Both the position numbers and the translations under genes were made by a program. The notes beneath the pieces are model-generated. The model did not search any database. It was given only the letters and a program-made list of their open reading frames with translations, and had not been told where the DNA came from. Positions 28,150 to 38,607 of a stretch of DNA of 64,000 bases are shown here, piece after piece; the first letter of the stretch is position 1, and each line of letters begins with the position of its first letter. Location of the stretch: assembly GCA_019058315.1 (NCBI GenBank), contig JAHPZH010000003.1:620451-684450 (forward strand), given 5' to 3'. The stretch comes from Candidatus Helarchaeota archaeon. Lineage in GTDB: Archaea > Asgardarchaeota > Lokiarchaeia > Helarchaeales > RDOG01.

Positions 28150-31100
28150 ATGTTATTTATTTACATTATGAATTCAAGATTTCTTCCATTTTGGGAAATT
28201 CCACAATATAAATTAAAAAAGACATATGATTTATTAAGAGCTGAATTTCAAAACGCTTCCAAATACATTATAAGTGAATTCAAGAAGGATAGAATCAAAG
28301 GCTTTGGTAATCTGGAGAGGACTTTTTGGGGTTTATTGACAGCTTATTGTTTAAATAAAGTAAAGGATTTAAATCCGAAAAGTATAGAGAAATTTATTTT
28401 TCAATTTCGCTCATCAGGGGGAGGATTTTTTTCTGAAGGTTCTAATATTCCAGATGTTCATTCAACTTTTTTTGCAATTTATAGTCTAAGAATTTTAGGG
28501 TTTGACTTAAATGAGGATGAAAAACAAATAACAGCAAAATTTTTATTACAAAATCAAAGAGGAGATGGATTTTCCCATTGTAATGATCGTAATTGTAAAA
28601 AATGTGGGGGAAAGACATTAATTGAATCAACTTTTTATGCAATTTCATCATTATATTTATTGGATAAGTTAAATGAACTTGATTTAAACCTTGCTTCAAA
28701 GTATCTATCAAAAAGATTACCTAAGAGTAATATTAATAACGCTCTAATTATTCTAGCAGACATTCTTGTTGAAGGTTCAGCTCGAATAGATGAAAATGTA
28801 TCCTATTTATTAGATTTTCAAACAGATGACGGTTGTTTTTGTGAGAAGGAAGAGGGAGAAGAAGATCTCGAAAACACTTTTTGGGTCATTTCTTGTTTGC
28901 GAGCCATAAAACTTAATTTTAATAGAGGGTTAGTTTATGATAAATTTCTCAGAAAATTAAGAAGAAAAGATGGGGGATATAATAAACAACCTCTTAATAC
29001 AGAATCAGATTTGATCGATACTGCTCATGCTATTGCTATTTATTCATTAATAATTCCTGATTTAGTAGACCAAATCGAAAATGACATTTTAGGTTCAATT
29101 GATTTACAAAAAGAAGTATATTTAATCAATCTAGCAGATAAAAATTTTGTTGATGAAAAATTTGTATTAAAGATATTAGGAGGACTTCAAGAATATAAGT
29201 GGTTTACTGTTGAACTTATTCATTCTAAAGACCTAATTGATAGTTTCTTAAAAAAACTTGGTTCAAGTGAGAGAGAGTTAACAAGCAAAATAATCAAAAA
29301 ATTAAAAAAATTGCATAATATCTCCATAGATTTGGGTGAATTCGCAAAATCACTCAAGATTCCTGTTTCAAAGGGATCAAGTTATTTACCATCCGAAGAA
29401 GTCGTTAAAAACAGTATAAACAAATTATTAGATAATAAATTCATTATCGGAGAATTAGAAGAAGCTAGAAAACGATTAAAGAAAACCTCATATCTTAAAC
29501 TCCAATTCATTCCTAATTATGTACTAGTTCGGAAACAAAAATTCGATTTTGAAGAAATAATGAAAGAAAGGGAGAATCTATCAAATGTAGATAAGCATAT
29601 TAAGGAATTAATAGATGCTGCTCTTAAAATTCCTGATGAATTTAATATGGAAATTAAAAATTTATTAGATATTGATGAGGTAGAACTGGCCCGGGAGAAG
29701 TTAGAGGGGAGTTTCGATCAAAAAATAAATGATTTAGAGGATTATGATAAATCTGTCAGATTCTTAAAAGATAGCCTTAGATATGTTAAAGTTGAAATTT
29801 TAGATTCTTATCTGAACTGGTTAGCTATTTCCAAAAACGTTGAAAATGAATTAGAAGGTCTTAAAAAAATATTAGAAAGAAATATATTAGAAAAAGAAAG
29901 ACTTATTGATGCTTATAATAAATTAAATGAGCTCGTAAATTATGTGGAGGAAAATATTAGTAAGTTTAATGAAGATATGGATAATTTAAATGCATTTTTC
30001 ATTGATACATGTAGACTCCATAATTTGGATAAAAAGAAACAGGATATTATAGTTAAAGCTTCAACTTTAGAAGATAATATTAAAAAAATTGCGGGAGAGG
30101 TCCAAGATAGGTCTAAAGAAATTTCCCATATTACAAATAAAGTAAAATTCTTAAAGAACGTAATTGTTTCTGAAGATTTAAGTATAAGTAAAAGAATTGT
30201 GACTCAAGAATTAAGAGAAAAATTACAACCATTTGAGGGTTGGTTAGAAAATCAGTGGAATACAAAAAGACATTTGACTCATCAAAAATTAGAGACTATT
30301 CGTTCAAAGATACATAAAAGAGAAGAATTAAAAAATATTATAGCATCAAGGAAAAAAACCTTTAAAGTAAAACTTGAGGAGATTCCAAGCCAAATTCAGC
30401 GATTTGTAGATCAAAACAAATATGATCTAGCTAATGAAAAGCTTAATAGTTCAATTAATGATATATTAGAATTCCTCTCAAATACGGCTCAATTTATTCA
30501 AGATTTCATTCAGGATACGAATAAATTATTAGAAGAATTTGAATTAACTGCTGAAGATATTCCCTTATTATGGCAAGACTCTATGGAACAGATGAGAGAA
30601 GACTTGGAGAAGATGAAAATTGAAGTTTTGAAACAAATTATTTCAGAACAAGAAATGGATAAGAAGAATCAACTTGACGCCACAATTAACAAACATATCG
30701 ATGATGTAAGTAAAAAGCTGACAGAAATCTCACAATTAAGTAAAATTGACTATGAAAAAATAACAATAAATATGAAGGATCTTTTAAAAAATAAGATTAA
30801 AGAGATAGAAGATCATTGTAATAGCGCGAACAATGAGATTTCTACATTTGTCAAAAATACATCTAAATCATTTCCTAATTTTCAAGATACAACTAATATT
30901 AGTATTCATAAATGGCAGACTTTCCTTGATTCATTACCAACAGTTTTCAATCAAGTTAATGAGCAGACTCTTTCAGATTTCACTATAAATGTTATAAAAT
31001 CATTATCTAGACCGGAGAATGGTGGAAGGGTAGATTTAGAGGAAATTAGTAGAATTTTAGGACTAAATGTTGGGCAAGTAAAGAAATTGTTGCAAAAATT

Positions 31101-32571
31101 GATTTCTGTTTCGAAATTGGAGGCTAGAATAGAAGAAAAACAAATGGTTCCCTTATATGTAGAAAATAAGATGCAATTAGAGTTTGAAAAATTAATTGTT
31201 CAATTTCAAGAAGAGCTTGATTTAAATCTTGTAAAATTTCTGAATTTTTTTGTTACATCATATGAAAGAAAACAATTAGATAATAATGAACCTGAAATCC
31301 GTGAGCGAGTTAAAGAATTTAAGAATAATATCAATAATTATGATGTTGAATTAAAGGTAAAATTTGAGAATCAAATAAAAAATATCTATAATGAACCATT
31401 ATTACTCGATTGGGGGAATTTAAAAAATAAATTAAATAGCAAATTAGAAGGTGTTATTCGAATTTTAAACACCCGAAATGAATATAAAGCTTCATTTTTA
31501 GAAAAAATTCAAAATTTTAGGGATAAATTGGAAGATATAACTAAGACTATAGTTGATAAAATAGAGGATAGAAAAGAATTACCAAAATTAATAGATAAGT
31601 TAAGTGCAAAAGAAGATGATCTAAGACTAGCTATTATAGACCAAAGACATATTTTTAAAAATAATATAACCCAACTTACAAATGATATAGAGCATTTTGA
31701 TGGGATAATTGAAGATGCACATGCAAATTTTATTTTTGAAACTGATAAAATCTTGTTAGATTTAAAAAATTTAAAAAGAAAATTAGAGGAGAAAATAATA
31801 GAGAAACAGTGCGAATCCGAAAAAGAAAATTTAAAGGAAAAAATACTAAGTCATACTGAGGAATTCAAAGAATTAGTAGATGTAATGGATAAAGAGGTTT
31901 ATAATATAATTGAAACTGGAAATTTATCAGAAGCAGCAACCACATTAAAACAATCTTATGAAGAAAATAAAAATTATATTAAGACCGCGGATAATTCTAT
32001 TTCTGAATTCATTAAAATGAATTCTAGAGTTTATCGCGGTTTTAAAGATACTTGCGTTTTAATCTTGAGAGATTGGAATACATTTGAATTAGAAAATCAT
32101 TTAATGAAAGCATTTACTGTTCTTCAAGATCGAATCGTTATTCGTAACATCGAATATGCTGAACGAGCTTTTCATGGAAATCGAATTAAAATTGATGTGC
32201 TAGCTTCAAAAATATCTATGAAATCAAAAATATTTAAAGAAAGATTATTTGATATTCTAGGAACATCAGAAGAATTAACTGGAAAATATGATGTTAAAAC
32301 TAATGAATATATCTTTCGACCTGATGAGGAACCTAAGACGGTTATACCCACTACCCCATCAATACCAGCTGTAACTAAAAAGGGTTTTTCTGATATTGTA
32401 TCCCAAATAGCACCTGTTTTTACAATTATAGCTGCATTTGCTACAGTAACATGGTATATTTATAGTTCAACACAAAGTCTAGTTGTTGCTGTTCTAGTTC
32501 CGAGTATTGGATTACCTATTGCCTTTATATTTATGTATTTATATTATCGTAAATTTAGGAAAAAGGATTAA
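28150..32571 (+). CDS. 1473-aa protein: prenyltransferase/terpene-cyclase-like alpha-alpha barrel, several winged-helix (PCI-like) domains, long coiled coils, C-terminal 2-TM anchor
   Basis: QW-like repeats (QFRSSGGGF, NQRGDGF, FQTDDGCF, RRKDGGY) each followed by an xxTFxAI helix. WH-like GRVDLEEISRILGL...LEARI and RIKIDVLASKISM...GKYD. Two hydrophobic helices then RKFRKKD. Confidence 0.7.
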   Translation: MLFIYIMNSRFLPFWEIPQYKLKKTYDLLRAEFQNASKYIISEFKKDRIKGFGNLERTFWGLLTAYCLNKVKDLNPKSIEKFIFQFRSSGGGFFSEGSNIPDVHSTFFAIYSLRILGFDLNEDEKQITAKFLLQNQRGDGFSHCNDRNCKKCGGKTLIESTFYAISSLYLLDKLNELDLNLASKYLSKRLPKSNINNALIILADILVEGSARIDENVSYLLDFQTDDGCFCEKEEGEEDLENTFWVISCLRAIKLNFNRGLVYDKFLRKLRRKDGGYNKQPLNTESDLIDTAHAIAIYSLIIPDLVDQIENDILGSIDLQKEVYLINLADKNFVDEKFVLKILGGLQEYKWFTVELIHSKDLIDSFLKKLGSSERELTSKIIKKLKKLHNISIDLGEFAKSLKIPVSKGSSYLPSEEVVKNSINKLLDNKFIIGELEEARKRLKKTSYLKLQFIPNYVLVRKQKFDFEEIMKERENLSNVDKHIKELIDAALKIPDEFNMEIKNLLDIDEVELAREKLEGSFDQKINDLEDYDKSVRFLKDSLRYVKVEILDSYLNWLAISKNVENELEGLKKILERNILEKERLIDAYNKLNELVNYVEENISKFNEDMDNLNAFFIDTCRLHNLDKKKQDIIVKASTLEDNIKKIAGEVQDRSKEISHITNKVKFLKNVIVSEDLSISKRIVTQELREKLQPFEGWLENQWNTKRHLTHQKLETIRSKIHKREELKNIIASRKKTFKVKLEEIPSQIQRFVDQNKYDLANEKLNSSINDILEFLSNTAQFIQDFIQDTNKLLEEFELTAEDIPLLWQDSMEQMREDLEKMKIEVLKQIISEQEMDKKNQLDATINKHIDDVSKKLTEISQLSKIDYEKITINMKDLLKNKIKEIEDHCNSANNEISTFVKNTSKSFPNFQDTTNISIHKWQTFLDSLPTVFNQVNEQTLSDFTINVIKSLSRPENGGRVDLEEISRILGLNVGQVKKLLQKLISVSKLEARIEEKQMVPLYVENKMQLEFEKLIVQFQEELDLNLVKFLNFFVTSYERKQLDNNEPEIRERVKEFKNNINNYDVELKVKFENQIKNIYNEPLLLDWGNLKNKLNSKLEGVIRILNTRNEYKASFLEKIQNFRDKLEDITKTIVDKIEDRKELPKLIDKLSAKEDDLRLAIIDQRHIFKNNITQLTNDIEHFDGIIEDAHANFIFETDKILLDLKNLKRKLEEKIIEKQCESEKENLKEKILSHTEEFKELVDVMDKEVYNIIETGNLSEAATTLKQSYEENKNYIKTADNSISEFIKMNSRVYRGFKDTCVLILRDWNTFELENHLMKAFTVLQDRIVIRNIEYAERAFHGNRIKIDVLASKISMKSKIFKERLFDILGTSEELTGKYDVKTNEYIFRPDEEPKTVIPTTPSIPAVTKKGFSDIVSQIAPVFTIIAAFATVTWYIYSSTQSLVVAVLVPSIGLPIAFIFMYLYYRKFRKKD

Positions 32572-32576
32572 TTTCT

Positions 32577-32774
32577 TTGGAGTTCAATTGGAGACATCCG
32601 AAATTTATTGCCGTATTATCAGGCGTTCCCACAGGTTTGGTTGTAGCGATTTATATTTTTATTACAGGAGATGAAAGTTTAACTATATGGTTTTTTGGCA
32701 TTTCATTACTTATCGGGTTAATAATTGCTATAATACTTATTTATCATAAATCTACAAAAAATAAAAATGGATAG
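32577..32774 (+). CDS. Small 2-TM membrane protein
   Basis: Two hydrophobic helices and a basic tail. Gaps of 5 nt and 8 nt to its neighbours. Confidence 0.6.
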   Translation: MEFNWRHPKFIAVLSGVPTGLVVAIYIFITGDESLTIWFFGISLLIGLIIAIILIYHKSTKNKNG

Positions 32775-32782
32775 GGATTCTA

Positions 32783-33244
32783 TTGCAAGGTAAATTTTTT
32801 AATGACTTTAATATTGGAGATAAATTCATTACAGCTAGACGAACTTTAACTGAATATGATTTAGAAACATTCTGCAATCTTGTTTGGTTTAATTCGAGTA
32901 TGTTCTTTGATGATATTTATGCAAGTGAAGAAATGCCCTATAAATCAAGAGTGTTTCCAGGACCTCTTATCATCCCTTTAGCAGTAGGTTTATTTTTAAA
33001 ATTAGGAATATATGAACGAACTATAATTGCATTGCTTGGAATTCAAAACATGAAGTTTAAAGCTCCTTTACGTATTGGCGATACGATGCAAGTCGATGTA
33101 GAAATTTTGGATAAGAAGGATTCAAAGACCTATCCAGATAGAGGAGTTTTAATCGTCCAATTTATTGTTAATAAAGCGCTACCAAAGTCTAAAAAAGAAT
33201 TTATTATGAGTTTTGAAATGGCTCATATGCTTAAAAAAAGATAA
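32783..33244 (+). CDS. MaoC-like hotdog-fold dehydratase
   Basis: FNDFNIGDKF...RRTLTEYD, RVFPGPL, FKAPLRIGDT. Confidence 0.85.
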   Translation: MQGKFFNDFNIGDKFITARRTLTEYDLETFCNLVWFNSSMFFDDIYASEEMPYKSRVFPGPLIIPLAVGLFLKLGIYERTIIALLGIQNMKFKAPLRIGDTMQVDVEILDKKDSKTYPDRGVLIVQFIVNKALPKSKKEFIMSFEMAHMLKKR

Positions 33245-33286
33245 AAACAATGATATTTATTTTAATTATATTCAAATCTTTAAGTT

Positions 33287-34117
33287 GTGATTCCGAGATT
33301 GCCAAAGAAAAAATCTGAAGATGACGAACTCATGGAGTTAGGGATTGGAGTAGGTCAGGATCAATTTTATTTAAATCTACCATATTTAGCACTTATTGAC
33401 ACTGATTTATGGAAAAGGAGAAATCCTTGGTCCTTTGATATTAAAACCCTTTTACCTGACTTTTTTGAACGAATGAAAGGAAATTTGAAATTTAAAATTT
33501 TAGGTAAAGCACTCCTCTCGGCAACGCAACTCCATCATGCAAAGATATTATGGTTAATTTATAGAGAAGAAAAGGAAAAAGAAAAGCAAGAAATAGAAAA
33601 GAAACAGAGAGAATCAAAGGAGCTTCCAAGCCTAAAAGTTCCAATCCGTCGTTTTTCAGAAGAAATAAGTAAAGAGGAGCTAATGGATCAGTTAATTAAG
33701 GTTCTACTCGATGATAAAAAAAGGACTGAACGAAGATTAAAGCGAAAGAAAAAAGATAAGGAAAAACAAATCCGAGAACAAAAACGCAAACGCCGTGTAC
33801 CTTTAATAGAGACCATGAAACCTAAGGACTTTGATTATGAAGTAGATGCTGATCGGATGAATGTTAAAGAACGAAATGAACAAGTATACAGTATGGCAAT
33901 TAAATTATTGAAAGAAGCTGCAGAAGCGGGAGAAGATGAAATTAGGTTTGAAAAACTTTTAAAAGCGCTTACAGAAATGGCATCAGATCCAAGAATATTA
34001 ATGGCACGGGTTCTTCTCTCAGTACTGTTTCTTATTTCAGACGGTCTTTTGTATGCTGAACAAGATATTGACACAAAAAGAATTTTTATAATGTTTCCAA
34101 TTGAAGCAGCAGCTTAA
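33287..34117 (+). CDS. scpA: Kleisin ScpA
   Basis: NPWSFDI...FFERM...GKALLSAT N-terminal kleisin motif. C-terminal WH with VLLSVLFL...LYAEQ. Adjacent to scpB and near smc. Confidence 0.8.
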   Translation: MIPRLPKKKSEDDELMELGIGVGQDQFYLNLPYLALIDTDLWKRRNPWSFDIKTLLPDFFERMKGNLKFKILGKALLSATQLHHAKILWLIYREEKEKEKQEIEKKQRESKELPSLKVPIRRFSEEISKEELMDQLIKVLLDDKKRTERRLKRKKKDKEKQIREQKRKRRVPLIETMKPKDFDYEVDADRMNVKERNEQVYSMAIKLLKEAAEAGEDEIRFEKLLKALTEMASDPRILMARVLLSVLFLISDGLLYAEQDIDTKRIFIMFPIEAAA

Positions 34118-34145
34118 TTTTTTTAAAAGGATATGAGCTAATAAT

Positions 34146-34991
34146 ATGCCAAATTTAGAACATGTTAAACTCGTGGAAGCTAGTCTTTTTATTGCAGGAC
34201 GTTCAATTAAAACGGATAATTTACTCACGCTTATTGATGGGAAAGGGAAAGAGGAATTAAATAACATTATAGAACAAATCTCAAAAAGTTTAGAGAAACG
34301 TAATAGTTTTATCGAAATCGTAAAAATTGAAGACGAATATATGATGCGGGTTAAGCCTGCAATTAGAAAAGAGTTAGGGGATATTGAGACTAGAAAATCG
34401 CTTCCGGATGAATTTATAAAAATATTAGCAATAATTGCTATGAAACAGCCTATTAAATATGGAGACATAAGGAAAATTTATTCTGGAAAAAATCTAAAGG
34501 AAAATGTCTCGGAATTATTGAGGAAAGGATTTATTCAAGTTAGAAAAGAAAAAAGAACTAAATTCTTAACAACTACACCTCATTTTGCTAATGTTTTTAA
34601 TTTAGATCCAGCAAATATGAAAAGTGAAATTCTTAGAATTCTAACAAAACGGCTTTCACAGCGTGCAGTTAAAGCACCAGAGATGATTAAGAGGGACGAA
34701 AAAGAGGATAAGGAAGTTTTAACGGAAGTTGAAATAAAGGAAATTGAAGAAAAATATTATGATTTAATGGAAAAGTTAGAAAAAGAAAGGGAAGAGGAGA
34801 GAAAACGTTTAGAAGAAGAAGAAAAAAAGAAAGCTGAAGAAGCAGCACTTATAAAAAATCTAGTTTTAGATCCCATGGCAAGTATATTTAAGCCTAAAAA
34901 AGAAGATAAAGAAGAAGATATGCCTAAAAAGGAAGATAAAGAAGAAGAAAAGGAAGTCACAGAGAAAAATTCTGAAATAAAAGAGAGTTAA
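34146..34991 (+). CDS. scpB: Kite subunit ScpB, paralog 1 (charged C-terminal extension)
   Basis: LVEASLFIAGRSI, LAIIAMKQPI, ELLRKGFI, TTPHFANVFNL. Confidence 0.85.
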   Translation: MPNLEHVKLVEASLFIAGRSIKTDNLLTLIDGKGKEELNNIIEQISKSLEKRNSFIEIVKIEDEYMMRVKPAIRKELGDIETRKSLPDEFIKILAIIAMKQPIKYGDIRKIYSGKNLKENVSELLRKGFIQVRKEKRTKFLTTTPHFANVFNLDPANMKSEILRILTKRLSQRAVKAPEMIKRDEKEDKEVLTEVEIKEIEEKYYDLMEKLEKEREEERKRLEEEEKKKAEEAALIKNLVLDPMASIFKPKKEDKEEDMPKKEDKEEEKEVTEKNSEIKES

Positions 34992-35106
34992 TAAATTATA
35001 AAAGTAATCAAATTAAGTACAATAAGGATAATTTCATAATCAATCAATATATTTTTTCATCTCAAAGAGGGAGATTGAAATTAAAAATATTAAAAGAGAA
35101 GAGCTC

Positions 35107-35562
35107 GTGGATGAAAAAGCTCAAACCATTTTGTTACAAGCAACATACCCAGAAATAGTCTCGGTTCTTAAAAGAAGCATGGGGAAGGAAGCTTGTGTAG
35201 AAATTTTAAGAGATCTTGGAGCTATTGCGGCAAAAACAGTATCAGAATATTGGTTACCTAAGGGAAAAAACATTCAAGATATGGTTAAGGAAATTTTCAA
35301 AAAAATTCTAGATAATAAAGATATAAAAATCGTTAAAGAAAAAGGACAAAATTTTTTAGTTCAAGATTTTGAGTGTAGACTATGTTGGGAAGGAGTAGAA
35401 GAAGAGGATATTAACTATTGCGTATCAACATCCGCCTTTATAGAGGAAATATTAAATGTTATCAGGAAATCATATGTTTATCTACCCTCAGTCAAAGTTT
35501 CCACAATCAAATCTAAAGCAGCAGGAGCAGACCATTGTGAACATTTAATAGAATTCTTATGA
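35107..35562 (+). CDS. V4R/Bet3-fold domain protein
   Basis: LRDLG helix, ECRLC...YC...FIE, C-terminal KSKAAGADHCEH. Confidence 0.7.
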   Translation: MDEKAQTILLQATYPEIVSVLKRSMGKEACVEILRDLGAIAAKTVSEYWLPKGKNIQDMVKEIFKKILDNKDIKIVKEKGQNFLVQDFECRLCWEGVEEEDINYCVSTSAFIEEILNVIRKSYVYLPSVKVSTIKSKAAGADHCEHLIEFL

Positions 35563-35571
35563 GGGATAAAT

Positions 35572-36213
35572 TTGCCAGGTAGAAAAAAGTTAGGACTTTT
35601 AAGGAAAGCATTAGCAAAAGTAGGCAAACATGTAATGTGGACGTTTTCTAAAAAACTTAATAGGTTATTCCTTCATGGCTGCTGGAAAAGCGTTATATTA
35701 AAATTTTCGGAGTTAAATGAGAATGATGCTAATAAAGCTACTGAGATCTGGTTTGAGATAGGGAAGGCAGCAGGAGATAGCTTAATGTATGCTTGGTTAG
35801 ATAGAGGAAAAATGATTTTCTCTAAAAAGCTTGAGGATATGAAAGTTGTGGTTGAAACTGCTTGGTATAGCTTTTTAGGCGATCATACAGATGATGTAAG
35901 ATATTATGAAGCAGGTGATGGACATGAGGTTCCTAGAATCGTATGGCGATTCTGGAAATGTTGGATGTGTTCTGGAGTTTTTGAAGATGAAGACCTCAAA
36001 CATTTAGATTTAGAAAATCTTCAGGAATTTGGATATGGTGCGGCAGCAGCTGGGATTTTTGAAACAGCACTTCAAATGGTCCAAGATTATGTTGATAATC
36101 CATATCGAGTAGTAGTTCGAGAAACTAAATGTTTCTGCAGAGGGGATGATTATCAAGAATTTACAGCATATTTCTATCCAAAAGAAGAACCAGAATCATC
36201 CTTTGAGATATAA
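35572..36213 (+). CDS. V4R-domain protein
   Basis: FEIGKAAG, CWMC, AAGIF, VRETKCFCRGDDYQEF (V4R C-terminal signature). Confidence 0.78.
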   Translation: MPGRKKLGLLRKALAKVGKHVMWTFSKKLNRLFLHGCWKSVILKFSELNENDANKATEIWFEIGKAAGDSLMYAWLDRGKMIFSKKLEDMKVVVETAWYSFLGDHTDDVRYYEAGDGHEVPRIVWRFWKCWMCSGVFEDEDLKHLDLENLQEFGYGAAAAGIFETALQMVQDYVDNPYRVVVRETKCFCRGDDYQEFTAYFYPKEEPESSFEI

Positions 36214-36220
36214 TGGATAA

Positions 36221-37381
36221 TTAAAAGAAATTATCCAGCCAAGGTTTCATTTCCAAAATTAGAGGTTCTTTTGATATAAATTCGGGATTATCTGGACTGA
36301 CATAAGTTAAAAAGAACTTTTCTTTATCTTTGGTGACAATCCTCTCAAGAGTGCAATATTTTTTATTTTTTAATGCAAGGATTAATTTTAGAGCTTGGTC
36401 AGGAAATATATTTAATTCTTCGCCAAGAATAGTATTAAAAGCAAAATTTTTTGCAAGCTCCTTTTCGTCATCTCCGTTTTCGGCTATGCAAATGCCGGTT
36501 TCGTTATAAATTGAAATATATTTTGCATTTACTTTAGACTCAAAATTCATTAGAATATTTTTTATTATAGTATTAACTGGAGAAAGTTCTCTAAGACTTT
36601 CACTAAAAGCAGAGAAGATGCTGTTAAAATTAAAAATACTGGTTACATGGGTAAAAAATCGAATCTCTCCAAAGATTTTTTGGATTTCTTTGCTAATTGC
36701 TGTTTTTTCTTTTTTAATATCTGGTGGTTTCATTTTGTCTGATTTATGTAATAGAACAACTGAAACGGGAGCTTCCTCTAAATATTTGAAAATTTCAACA
36801 ATATTTTTTAAATATTCCAATGCTGCATTTGTTCTTTTAGTATCGGATATATCAATAACAAAGACAAAGAGACTTGTGTAGCCAAAATGTTCTTTTGGTT
36901 CAGATAGATATTTTTTTCTATAGATATCTTGTCCTCCGAGATCCCATATACTTAAATTATAGCCGAATAGTTCAATATTTTCATATTCTACACCTTTTGT
37001 TGGCTTTAGTGATTTGGTTTCTTTTCCATCTTTTGCCTCTTGTGGATTAAGGAGAGTCTGAATGATTGAAGTCTTACCAGCAGCGTCAATACCAGCAATA
37101 ACTATTTTCTTTTCGGTAGTTTTCGCCCCTGTTGCAACTTCATTAATTATACGAGCGGCAGTAGTTAATTTCTCTATTTTTAAGGATTCTACAGACTTTA
37201 ATAGTTTATCAGGACTTTCAATTTTAATTAAATCAGCAATTTTGGCAATATTGTTTTGATTTAGCACTTTAGCGGTATCTTCATCACAGCCTTTCAAAGA
37301 AGTTATATCTAATTCAAGAACTTTTTGTAAATCAGCTGGAACTTTTTTAACATTTAATAGGGCAGCAATTTTAGAGGACAT
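36221..37381 (-). CDS. Arf/Rag-like GTPase with N-terminal HhH-like domain and C-terminal roadblock/longin-like domain
   Basis: DITSLKGCDEDTAKVL (HhH-like), GIDAAGKTS, KPTKG, WDLGGQ, LLHKSD, VTSIF. C-terminal ISIYNETGICIAE. Confidence 0.82.
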   Translation of the reverse strand: MSSKIAALLNVKKVPADLQKVLELDITSLKGCDEDTAKVLNQNNIAKIADLIKIESPDKLLKSVESLKIEKLTTAARIINEVATGAKTTEKKIVIAGIDAAGKTSIIQTLLNPQEAKDGKETKSLKPTKGVEYENIELFGYNLSIWDLGGQDIYRKKYLSEPKEHFGYTSLFVFVIDISDTKRTNAALEYLKNIVEIFKYLEEAPVSVVLLHKSDKMKPPDIKKEKTAISKEIQKIFGEIRFFTHVTSIFNFNSIFSAFSESLRELSPVNTIIKNILMNFESKVNAKYISIYNETGICIAENGDDEKELAKNFAFNTILGEELNIFPDQALKLILALKNKKYCTLERIVTKDKEKFFLTYVSPDNPEFISKEPLILEMKPWLDNFF

Positions 37382-37470
37382 AGCAATCCCTTATTTTTTA
37401 AAATCAATGATGTAATATATTTATACAAGATTATTTTTATATTTTTAAATTATTTTTTACAGTGCTTTAA

Positions 37471-38502
37471 ATGGCAAATGAGAAAGAACAAGACGAAGAT
37501 GCAGTAGAATCTCAAGACATTGAGGATGAAGATGAAGAAATAGAAAAAATGTTAGAAGAATTAGAGGAAGAAGAATTAGAAGAAGAAGGATTAGAGAAAG
37601 AAGAAATAATGGAGACCCAGCCAGAGATTAAAACGGATTTGGAAAAGGATATAGATATAAAAGACATTGAAATTACCTCAGAGATGGAACTCCCTATTCA
37701 TGAACAAGAATCACCACCTAAGACACAAAATTCGACTGAAGAAACATCAATAATGGCTCAGGTTTCAAAAGCTAAAGATTTAGAACAATTAATTGAAACA
37801 GAGGAACAAAAAAGCATTGAAGGTGAGGAATCCTTAATGTCTGATCAAGCACTTGATGAATTAGAAGCCATAGAAGATAAATCAGCTAAAGATCAATTTA
37901 AAGACCTTCATGCATATATTGAAGCCATTTTATTTGAGGTTGGAAAACCTCTTAAAGAATCAGAACTTGTTGACTTATTATTTGAAAAATATAAAGCTGA
38001 TAGAAATAGGATTAGATGGGGGTTAAGAATAGTAATGAGAGCTTTAGAAGCCCAGAATAGTTCAATCCAATTAATAAACCCCACTAAGGATTTTTGGTCT
38101 TTTCAACTTCACAGAGAGCTATCAGATGACTTTTTAGACAAAATAGAGAAATTTATCCCTGAAGAGGAATTTATTTCTAAAAGAGAAACCGTATTTTTAA
38201 CCGAAATAGCTTATAGACAACCAGTTACTACAACAGATATATTAAAGATTTTAGGTGCTGATGGATATGATTATATACGCTCTCTAGAAGAAAAAGATCT
38301 TATATTTATGACAAAAGAAGGGCAATCTAATATCTTAAGAACCACCGAAAAATTTGCACAAATTTTTGGTTTTGATACACAATTAAGAAGTTTAAAACTT
38401 CAACTAGTTTGGAGGCTTAAAAAATTAGCTAGATCCGAAGCAGCAAGAGATAAAGCTACTTTAGCTCTATTAAAGAAAGATAGAGAAAAGTACGAATCTT
38501 AA
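37471..38502 (+). CDS. scpB: Kite subunit ScpB, paralog 2 (about 140-aa acidic N-terminal extension)
   Basis: YIEAILFEVGKPL, LTEIAYRQPVT, LEEKDLI, RTTEKFAQIFG. Directly upstream of smc. Confidence 0.85.
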   Translation: MANEKEQDEDAVESQDIEDEDEEIEKMLEELEEEELEEEGLEKEEIMETQPEIKTDLEKDIDIKDIEITSEMELPIHEQESPPKTQNSTEETSIMAQVSKAKDLEQLIETEEQKSIEGEESLMSDQALDELEAIEDKSAKDQFKDLHAYIEAILFEVGKPLKESELVDLLFEKYKADRNRIRWGLRIVMRALEAQNSSIQLINPTKDFWSFQLHRELSDDFLDKIEKFIPEEEFISKRETVFLTEIAYRQPVTTTDILKILGADGYDYIRSLEEKDLIFMTKEGQSNILRTTEKFAQIFGFDTQLRSLKLQLVWRLKKLARSEAARDKATLALLKKDREKYES

Positions 38503-38607
38503 TTTAATAAAAATAGAGAAATGACAAAATAATATCATAGTAATTAAATATTTAAATTATTATTGGAATTAGATTAATTAAAATGGTTACCTTTTTAAAA
38601 TTGGTGA

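Noticed and set aside
28150-29050. Calling the barrel an active Rab geranylgeranyltransferase beta subunit
   Set aside because: Only the repeat scaffold is visible. The DxC...H zinc ligands are not evident and no alpha subunit is nearby.
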